DNA of 64,000 nucleotides from Utricularia gibba (taxonomy: Eukaryota > Plantae > Magnoliophyta): contig CM007989.1 in the NCBI GenBank assembly GCA_002189035.1, forward strand, positions 7,254,001 through 7,318,000, given 5' to 3'. A program made the position numbers and the translations under genes. Shown one piece after another: positions 41,220-50,944 of this stretch. Under the pieces are notes generated by a model. The model was given only the letters and a program-made list of their open reading frames with translations, did not search any database and was not told the DNA's origin. Positions within the stretch are counted from its first letter, which is position 1; every line of letters begins with the position of its first letter.

Positions 41220-41725
41220 CCTAGCAACTACATCGGAAACTAAAATTCAAAACAGCAGAAAGGAAAACAACAAAAAAACAAGACAAGACCCCGATCAGTT
41301 GGGTTATGAGAGAAGCCATGTAAACAGGCATCCCAGATACCAAATTCCGATGACTTTATTTCCCCCCGGAACAACAAATAATCCAAAACATAAAGCATCA
41401 CCATGTGCAAAACTCGTAAGGAAAAAAGAAGCTTCAAATGCTTGAAAATATTTTGAAGTCAAAACATCCATGACCATTATCACGAATAATTTACGCATAT
41501 TCCATTGTTTTGAATCGAGGCAAGTACCCAGCATATCTTCTGTTTACCAATTCCTCGAAAAAAAACAAGAAAAGAAAAACATTTGACGAAAGTTCTTACT
41601 TCTATTCCTGGGATTCCGGGATCCGACTGAAAGACCTAAACTCAATCGAGAGTTCCTCCTTTCAAAACCCTTCCTACTTCCGACAGCGCGACATAAACCC
41701 AAAGGAGATAGATGTCCTCCCTCCA

Positions 41726-41733
41726 AAACCCTA
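41726..41733. promoter_or_regulatory. Telo-box (AAACCCTA) at the 5' end of BRX1
   Basis: Exact AAACCCTA upstream of a ribosome-biogenesis gene, a class known to carry telo-boxes. Confidence 0.55.
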
Positions 41734-42457
41734 ATCCCAATCTATTTTATACCTTTGTACAATTTACACATCTACCCTACATTTGTTGTAATATTCGATT
41801 TTGGACCCCAACTGTTTGTAACCCTTACTTCCAAGTTCCACCCCCATCCGCCATATCGAAATCCATTATCTACTATTTTTATGATATTCTAGATTCATTA
41901 AATAAAAAATATTTTTTATCCTCATTTTACTAGATTGAATATTACGAAAAGATTATCCTAACACATAGTTGTTACATCGAATGAGTAAATATAAATAGCT
42001 ATATTCATCTTCGTTTATTTAAATTTATAAACCAGTAAATTTATTCGTATTTGAATAAAAATTTGTCCAAATTTTATTATGAGTGATTTATAGATTTATT
42101 TATTTGATCGAATTTATTTATGTTCATTTTATTTATATTATTTAAATAAAATAAATGATTTTAATCGGGCAACGGTCGTCCGCGTCGGGACAAAAGATGT
42201 TGCCAATGGGCTGAGCCCAAATAGTTTCAAAAGCGTACATCTCATTTCCACATTGGCGGAACGCAATGGCCCACAATCGGCTGTTGTGTCTTATTCGCAC
42301 GTTGCCAGAACACAATGGTTCGCAATCGGGTGGTTCTGAATAGAACACGTGTACGGCCATCTTGAAGCCCATTTTGTTGTGTGTCCGTTGAGCGTCGTCT
42401 ATAAGAAGAGAATCGTAGAATGAACACGCAGCAATCAGGAAGACCGGAGGTTCAATA

Positions 42458-43880
42458 ATGGAGGCAACGCCTCACGTATTCGCCGTCCCTTTTCCTCTGC
42501 AAGGCCACCTGAACCCCATGATTCACCTCTGCCGACTGCTAGTTTCCCGGGGAATCCGTGTAACTCTCCTCGTAACCAGCCTCGTGAAGGTGCCATCGGA
42601 AGGAGTTGTCAATCAGATCGAAATCGAAACCATCCCTGACGTCGAATTGACACCGGATGAAGATTCAGATCCGCTCGAGATGTTCTTCAAGTCCTACGAG
42701 GCTTCAATTAGAAGAAGCTTTCCGAGAATCCTCGATAAGTACAGAGACACCGGTGTGAAGGCGGTTATCTACGATTCGGTGAGTTCGTGGGTCCTGGAAT
42801 TGGGTCATGATGAAGGAATTAAAGGTGCGATACTCTTTACTCAGCCGTGTGCAGTTTGCGCTGTATACTACCATGCCTTACACCGGAATTTGGAGACTCC
42901 GGTGGATGGCGCCGCAGTGGTTAGGTTACCCTCGCTGCCGGAACTACGAGGCTCGGAGTTGCCGTCGTTCGTGTACGATACGACGACGTATCCGATTCTC
43001 TTCAAGTGTCTCGTGGAACAATTTTCCAACTATGAGAAGGCGGACTGGCGCCTGTTCAACACTTTTGATGAGTTCGAGCAAGAGGTGAGTTCTTCTTCAA
43101 TACCACTGTTAAGTTAGAACGGCCTTTGACTGTATTCTGCTTGTCGTCTGTCGCAGATATTACAGTGGCTGTCTACCAAAGGGCGCATCCACGCCGTCGG
43201 CCCGACGGTTCCGTGTCTCTACGAAGACAAGCCATCACAGTGGAAGAGTGACCACGGCCTGACCCTTGCTTTCATCCCCTCTTCCGATGACTCCTGCATC
43301 AAATGGCTCGACCAACAGCAGGATAACTCGGTCGTCTATGTCTCCTTCGGAAGCTTGTCGCAAGTATCGGAAAAACAGATCCAGGAAGTTGCTCAAGGGC
43401 TTGCCATGTCCGGTGTCACTTTCTTGTGGGCGGTAAGGGACAGCGAGCAAGGAAAGCTCCCTCCTGATTTCAGACCGGATAACGATCGCGGTCTCATCGT
43501 GAACTGGTGTCCGCAAGCCAGAGTACTTGCGCACCGCGCGGTGGCTTGCTTTGTTACCCACGGTGGATGGAATTCGATTCTCGAGGCGGTTTCTGTTGCG
43601 GTGCCGATGGTGGTACTTCCGCAATGGGCCGATCAGACGATGAACGGGAAACTGATCGCGGATGTTTGGGGGTTGGAGTTCGCGGCAATGGTGATATGAA
43701 CAGTGTTACTGATGCAGAGGAGGTGGCTGCTCTGATCGGAGATGTTCTGCACGGGATAGAGCAGCAGAGATGCGAAAGAATGCCCATAGATGGAAGAAGG
43801 CTGCATCGGAAGCGGTTGCTCCCGGAGGGAGCTCCGAGTTGAACCTGACTCACTTCGTTAATGGCCTCCGAACCTCATGA
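42458..43880 (+). CDS. UDP-glycosyltransferase, UGT74 family
   Basis: HVFAVPFPLQGHLNPM, single intron after NTFDEFEQE, PSPG box WCPQARVLAHRAVACFVTHGGWNSILEAVSVAVPMVVLPQWADQ. The C-terminus (GVGVR...EMRKNAHRWKKAASEAVAPGGSSELNL) is recovered only across two -1 frameshifts in G runs (43668-43672 and 43753-43755). Confidence 0.88.
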
Positions 43881-44304
43881 TCCACATTCCATCGACACTC
43901 TTAGCTACCATTCATCATAATTTATGGATCGCTATGATTCTAAGAGATCCATCAAAAATACAATATCAATATTTAAAAGTCAATTATGTTGATATATGAA
44001 CATCTAATCTTAATGTCATAGGTTCGATCTGCTCACATGTGAGCAACTAGAACCTTTGGGGATTCGATTTGCATCTTTCGAATATTCAATTCGATATAAT
44101 AAATTATACAATATATGTATTCATATTTCAATTAGTATCATTTCATATAAACTAATTAAAATAGATTTCATCTATTATTCCACATCTCTTATACAACACT
44201 AAATTTCCAACAATTCATCACTACCGTAATAACAACAAATCTTTTATTTCATCAATGGCGTTGGCGTGGCACAGAATCGAACAAGTGTCTGTAGAGCGAG
44301 CACT

Positions 44305-45194
44305 CTAGCATCGGAGATTCGTTCCCGGGTCGACTTGAAGGTAATTGCAGTACTGCGTGTAATACTCCACTCGGGAAGTCACGGTGGCCGGATTAGCGCC
44401 GTCGCACTCCAGCTGGCCGTTAATCGCCCGGATCGTAGCTCCGAAGCCTCGCCCGGAGACGATTGGCTGATGGCAGTTGTTCATCCAGTACCACAACGCC
44501 GTTCGGAAAGAGACGACGTTGTTGGTAGCCACGGTCTCCGGCTCGTTGAGCCCATCGAACCCGATGCTCTGCCCCGCCGGCCCGTAGTTGAAGTTCCACG
44601 ACAACTGTATCGGCCCCCTCCCGTAGTACCCCTTGCCGGGGTTGCAGGGGTACTGCGTGTTCGTCTCGTCGCAGTAGTCGCGTGATGGCCCATTGATCTC
44701 CTCTATGTAGCAGAAATCTGCCCCAATAAATGCAAATCATCAGCAAAAATAGAGACAATAATATATTTTGTGCTTGAAGGGTGAAGGAACTCACGTCCAG
44801 TCTCGTGGGTGACCTGCGCGAAGAAGGCGGCGATCTCGCGCCTCGAGTCGTCCGCCGATCCAACGGTTCCGAACTGCGGATAATAGTTAACCGCCTGAAG
44901 AAACGCCTCTCGGGTGTAAAACCCCCGCCCGACGCAGCTCTGATCCGCCTGGTTCAGAATACTGTTGAAGAAATCGTTGGTGACGATGTCCGCCACGACG
45001 ACGCCGTTGGACGCGGGCGGCGCATTGCAGGGACCGCTCTGGCATCCTTGGCCGCAGTACTCGTCGGTGGTTCCGCAGTAGCCCCAGCGGCTGCAGCACG
45101 CGTCGGAGGAGCAGCCGCAGTTCTGGGCGACGGCAGCGAGCAGTAGCGCGGAGAAGACGAGCACGAGGAAGGCTGGAACCTGCGCAGCCGCCAT
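44305..45194 (-). CDS. Class IV chitinase A (signal peptide + 1 hevein domain + GH19)
   Basis: [18 protein letters not shown]...[14 protein letters not shown]|[38 protein letters not shown]. One intron. Confidence 0.95.
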
Positions 45195-45232
45195 TTGAAT
45201 CCTGAGGAACCGGAAGACGAAAACACGGCATC

Positions 45233-45501
45233 ATTTATAGGTACCCACTGAGAATAGAATAGTCAACGACGGTAGATGAAAAGTAGAAGCGCGTATTAGT
45301 CGCCGTCCGCCGTGTGCAACCCGTTCTCCTCCAACTTTCTCTCCTCCACAGGAGCAGTTGAACTTCTTTTTCTTTGCATTCATGGAGCAATTACCGGATA
45401 TGCCCATCAAACATGCGACACTTGTACGCCCTACCAAGAGAATTAATTTAATGCGTTCCAATCTGCCCCTGTGATTAAATATTTTGACCAGGTAAAGTCA
45501 A
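45233..45501 (-). promoter_or_regulatory. Chitinase A promoter: TATA box and three W-boxes
   Basis: TATAAAT at 45233-45239; TTGACT on the minus strand at 45261-45266 and 45496-45501; TTGACC on the plus strand at 45484-45489. Confidence 0.55.
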
Positions 45502-46413
45502 AGTATAATTGAATGGGTTTGAGATGTATATTTTAGTATATGTTTTATAGTATAATATAATTAATAATGTATTTAAATTATTATATTTATATACACGTAT
45601 TCTGTAGTCAAGTTTAAAGTTAGTATAATACACATATTTTAAACATATGTGTTTAAAATAATATTATATTTTATAAATTTATTTAAAATAAATACTTTAT
45701 AAATTAGGTTGTTTAACAAAACGTATCTAGAAGATAGTTTTGAAATACCTAGTTTCAAATATTTTACAATACTTTTGTAAAACTCTCGCATATTGATAAA
45801 TTAGTCTACCAAACATATATTATTATTAATATATGAATATTTAAATAATTAAATCAATTTACAAAATATCCCCTTAATTGATTCAAATCAAGTTTGTACT
45901 AGTATGTGTTCGTAAAAGTTTTCATAAATAATTTTGTTGTCAAATGCTAGTAACTTTAATTTCAAAAATTCAAAAAAATAGAATTATTTTTTTTTAATAA
46001 ACTATGTAATTCTAATTTCTGCTTTATTAAAATCACCTTTTAATAAAAAAAAAACTCATCTTAAACTATATAATTCTAATTTCTACTTTATTAAAGATTA
46101 AAAATATAAACAAGAAGATGTTTATCAAGCAACTAGAAATTGAATTGAGTAAAAATTAGAGTTCGAAGTGGGGATCAATTTTACATGATGAAAATTGACT
46201 TTATTCAATTTTTTAAAAAAATAGAGATAAATTATGCATAATTTTCAAATAATAAATATAAAATTAATTGTTTTTGAAAACTAATTATACTAAACACAAA
46301 AACAACACATAGATAGTATTCCATTGATGATCATTAAAAGGAAGGTTACATGTGAAGCGCAAATGCGAATTATTGAAACCAGGGAGCTTGCACTACAATC
46401 AGACCCTGCAAGT

Positions 46414-47357
46414 TTAGCATCGGAGATTGGTTCCGGGATCCACTCCCAACTGCCTGCAGTACTTCAGGTAGTTGTTCACCCTCACCGTCACTGCGTTGCT
46501 GTTCCCGCCGTTGCACTCACCGCCGTTGATCGCCCTGATCGTGGAACCGAAGCCCCGGCCGGAGGTTATGCGAGCATGGCAGTTCCCCATCCAGAACCAA
46601 AGGGCAGCCTTCCACGCAACCACGTTGTCTTGGGCGACTCTTTCGGGATTGCCGAGTCCGTTGAATCCGATGCTCCGACCTGCCGCGCCGTAGTTGTAGT
46701 TCCATGTCAGCTGAAGCGGGCCGCGACCGTAGTAGCGTTTGCCGGCGACGCATGGCCACTGCTTGTTGGTGGCGTCGCAGTATCTCCGTGTTGCCCCCAC
46801 GATCTCCTCTACGTAGCACAGAGCTGCAATGCATGGAATTAACACTATTGACCAAGATGATCAATCTATTTTACCATCTTTGTTGATGTGTGTTTGGAAT
46901 AAGACTTACAGCCAGTTTCACGAGTGACATGAGCGAAGAAGGCTGCAATCTCGCGCTTGGCATCGGCGACTGACCCCGTTGCCCCGAAAGCAGGGTAGGA
47001 GCTCGCAGCATTCAGAAAAGAAGCCCTGGTGTAGAATCTCCGGCCCGCGCAGGACGTCGAGGCCCGACTTAGGATGCTATTGAAGAACGCATCAGTCACA
47101 CTATCCGAGACACGAACGCTGACCGATGATGCCTGGTGGAAGGATAATAAAGGCGTTGAAATTTAGGATTGGATGAATGGAAGGATTATATGTTATATAA
47201 GTACGCAATAAACGCAAACTTCAATTCTTAACACCTCTAGAGATGATGAAGAGGTTGACGACTCCTCATTGCAGGGACCGGCTCCGCAGCTATTCTCGCC
47301 GGAAACCACCGCGAGCATGAACAAGAGAGACGACAGCAATAGCACAGACTTGCCCAT
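46414..47357 (-). CDS. Class IV-type chitinase B with the hevein domain almost fully deleted and an extra hinge intron
   Basis: Exons 47357-47235 ([41 protein letters not shown]), 47132-46910 (..[11 protein letters not shown]) and 46823-46414 ([30 protein letters not shown]). Confidence 0.88.
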
Positions 47358-48190
47358 TGATGCAGAAGGATTCCTTAAAACTTGCACACAAGTGATTCTT
47401 CAGCACAAGGCCAACTAAAGTAGTTGTATGTCCGAAACCAAGTGCATTAGACAAAGAAAGAAACTCAACTCAGTAGCTGAAGTAGATGAAGACCCAACTG
47501 TTATTGCTCAAATTCCTTCCAATTGCGAAAAACCGCCGCCGCTCCACCATGTCTCCCTTTTTGACCTAAGTCTCCAAAATGGGCTACATGGCAGCATTTG
47601 GGCCGCTTACTTGGAATGGGTCATAAGCCCATTAATCACAACCCAATCACCTATTCTGTTGGCAATGAACCCCTTCCTGGATATTGCATTCTATTTATAG
47701 GACGAAAGTGGTTAAATACGACATTCCCATTAAAATAACCTTGAAAATCCAAGTTGGTTTACTTTCCAAATTGAAATATTTTTTGATAAAATAGAAGCTA
47801 AAATTATCAACTTATTAAAAATAATAAGTACTTTTAAAATTCTATACAAAATATGATCTTAACTTTTTATTTCTATTATTAGAAAAAAAGGCTAAAAACG
47901 GGAAATGCACGTGTGTTTCTTTAATTTGGTAAGTCAAATGTGTCCACAAATGTAGATAAAATGTACACGTTTTTAAGACGTTTCCAGAAAGAAACGGGTC
48001 TTTCTCATTTACGTTTTCTGATAAAAGTATAAACAAGTTTACTTATTTTCAGAAAACTTACCTTATTTCAAGAAATGCAACATTTCCGAAAATGAATAAA
48101 GATGCTCTTAGTATTGACATAGAAAAGGAATCTAATCCTCTTGATCCTAATACTCCATTGAATTCCATCTCTTGAACTAGCTTTGATAGC

Positions 48191-48343
48191 AATTTGTTGT
48201 GCAGTGTCAGGATCACTGGAAATCACCACACGCGTGAACCCAACAGAGAACGCCATCAAACCACCTCCAAATGTCTTGGACATCCTTCCCAGCACCCGAT
48301 GCGCTGCCGCGTCAGCCAATACCAACGCGGAACCCAGAACCGG
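48191..48343 (-). pseudogene. Isolated cytochrome P450 CYP78A gene fragment (51 codons)
   Basis: PVLGSALVLADAAAHRVLGRMSKTFGGGLMAFSVGFTRVVISSDPDTAQQI matches the N-terminal CYP78A signature (P-V-L-G...H-R-x-L...LMAFSVGFTRxxISSxPxTAxxI). No flanking P450 sequence. Confidence 0.75.
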
Positions 48344-48599
48344 AATTGAAGTTTGAAAATTTCAACATATTTTACACTGCATGAATGAAAATGAAGAAGG
48401 GAGTAGACAATTTGCAAACTGCTGACTTTCATTCATCTAAATGTCTCAACTTTTCAGACATACAAACCATATATTTATTCAAGCAATTATCATATTACTA
48501 AAACATGAAATGACATAATGCTTAATGTTCTTCAGCCAAAAAAGCTTCCTCCACTCAGTAGTAGTGTTCTTCACTTTAACCATCACCAAGCTTTTCAGA

Positions 48600-50944
48600 T
48601 CATCCTCTAATAGATGGGGCTTTCTAAGTGCAGTGGAGACAAAAGAATAAGCAGCAAAGACTTTTTTGAATCAAAGCGAAATTGAAATGGGAATTTTTAA
48701 TACCTTAGGTGGTGGTGGTGGTGGAGATTTCTGATAATAGAGACCAGGAAACCATAATAAGAGAGGATTAGAAAAGATTAGTACATATTTTGGTATGAAA
48801 AGTGTGTGATACTTTATTAGATAACATAGAAATAAATTAAAATTATTAATGGACTTCTAATAATGGAGATCAAAGGCCAATAAAAAAGAGAGGATTAGCC
48901 AAGAGTAATTCACATTATGGAAAGGAAAGTGCACTTATTTTTAGAGTATGGTAGACATAAATATAAGAATTATTAATACCTTTTGTGGAGATGACTTCTA
49001 ACAATGAGAAGAAAATACCCCCAAGAAGAGAAGATTAGCAAAGACTTGTCCATGTTTTGGATTGAAATAAAATTTAGATTATATTTCTTGATACCTTTGG
49101 CGGTGGTGGTGACTTTTGATAGCATGCAAATAAGATGAAATATAGAAAGAATTAGTAAATACTTCAAATTACACCCTCAATTTGGATGGAGAGTATGCTT
49201 TTTTTTTTTTGAATAAATGAAAAAATATAAGTTGAAATTTTTAATACCTTTGGTGAAGGTGACTTCTAAGAGTAGAAGCAAATACCCAAAAAGAAAAGAT
49301 TAGCAAATATATGTCTATGTTTTGGATTGAAAGTAAATTTAGAATAACATACATTTAGTGTTGGTATTGTCTTTCGATAACATACAAATAAGATCACAAA
49401 TACAGAAGATTAGTAAAAAGTTCAAATAACATCCATATTTTTAAATAAATGAAAAATATAAATTGAAATTTTTAATACCTTAGGGGGTGATGGCCGCTGT
49501 GAATCCTAAAAATGAGTATAAAACACCAAATGAAGAGGGAATTTGCTTTCAAAATGTAGATTGTATCATATTTCATAATATGAAACAAGATTTAGATGAA
49601 AATTTCATAATACCTTTTTTGTTAAAGATGGTGGCCTTGGTGGAGGTGACTTCCAAAAATAGAAAACAAGTACCCCAAGAATAGAAACATCAGCAAATAT
49701 TTGTCCATGTTTTGGATTGAATGCAAATTTAGAATGCATTTCTTGATACCTTTAGTATTGGTGTCGACTATTGATAACATGCAAATAAGATCACAAATAC
49801 AGTAGATTAACAAACAATTCAAATAACACCCATATTTTTGAATAAATGAAAAAATATAAATTGAAATTTTTAATACCTTAGGGGGTGATGGCCGCAGTGA
49901 AACCTAAAAATGAGCATAAAACACCATATGAAGAGGGGATTAACGGATATTTATTCAGATTTTAGTATGGAAAGTGCATGATATTTCACAATATGAAATA
50001 AGAATACCTTTTTAGGTGATGGTGGTGGTCGGGGTGAATGCGACTTCTAATAATAGGAAGAAAATACTCCAAGAAGAGAAGATTAGTACAGATTTATCAA
50101 TGTTTTGGATTGAAAAGAAATTTAAATTGAATTTCTTGATACCTTTGGCCGTGGTGGTGACTTTTGATAGCATGCAAATAAGATGAAAAATAGAAAGAAT
50201 TAGTAAATACTTCAAATCTCACCATATTTTGGATGGAGATTATGTATTTTTTGAATAAATGAAAAAATATAAGTTGAAATTTTTAGTACCTTTAGTGGAG
50301 GCGACTTCTATTGATAGCAAGCAATACCCCAAGAAGAGAAGATTAGCGAAGACTTGTCCATGTTTTGGATTGAAAGAAAATTTAGATTGCATTTTTTGAT
50401 ACCTTTGGTGGTGGTGGAGACTTTTGATAACACGCAAACAAGTTCACAAAATAAAGAAAGAATTAGTATAGACTTCAAATGCGGAATATTCTATATTTTT
50501 GAATAAATGAAAAAATATAAATTGAAATTTCTAATACCTTTGGCGGTGATGGCCGTGGCGAACCCTAAAAATGAGCATGAAACACCACATGAAGAGAGGA
50601 TTATTTTATATTTATTTAGATTTTATGGAAAGTGAACGATATTTTAGTACCTTTTCCGATGGCGGTGGCGGTCGTGGTGATGACTTCTAACATGAGAAAT
50701 CGAATATGTCGAACAAATGGATATCAATATTTTGAAATTAAGGAAACGAAAACCGCACCTCCAGAGATGATGAAGACGACTTCCGGTAGCAGGGACCGGC
50801 TTGGCAGCCATCACCGCAGTAGTCGTTTCCGGCGCCGCATTCGCCCCACTTGCAGCACAAGTCCGGCGGACAGTCGCAGTCCTGGCCGGAAACCACCGCG
50901 AGCATGAACAAGAGAGACGACAGCAATAGCACGGACTTGCCCAT
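48600..50944 (-). CDS. Secreted hevein-extensin chimera encoded by 17 exons, 15 of them micro-exons (predicted 190 aa)
   Basis: Exon 1 50944-50759 (signal peptide + hevein + SSSSSLE), 15 phase-0 micro-exons of 18-39 nt bounded by AG and GT, terminal exon 48623-48600 (KAPSIRG*), AATAAA at 48479-48474. No stop codon in the spliced frame. Structure inferred from sequence only. Confidence 0.78.
48704..50686 (-). repeat. Degenerate tandem array of exon+intron units (about 105-155 bp) with higher-order periodicity
   Basis: Recurrent plus-strand motifs (a/g)taccttt..ggtggtg..gactt(c/t)t, catgttttggattgaaa and gaataaatgaaaaaatataa.ttgaaattt across about 16 units. Confidence 0.92.

Noticed and set aside
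41290-41410. Possible intronic C/D snoRNA in the BRX1 leader (GTGATGC...CTGA on the minus strand)
   Set aside because: Box C does not match RTGATGA, and I saw no convincing terminal stem or rRNA antisense element.
44000-44070. tRNA/SINE-like GGTTCGA B-box motif
   Set aside because: No A-box at the right spacing and no cloverleaf. Not called as a tRNA.
48973-50437. Repeated short minus-strand ORFs such as MKYLLILSIFHLICMLSKVTTTAKGIKK that look like small secreted peptides
   Set aside because: They read through the introns and the wrong frame of the micro-exons. The spliced Ser-Pro frame explains the conserved AG/GT sites and the 3n lengths far better.
48600-50700. CRISPR-like or satellite interpretation of the regular repeat array
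   Set aside because: The context is eukaryotic, the units are degenerate and of variable length, and the conserved parts coincide with splice signals.
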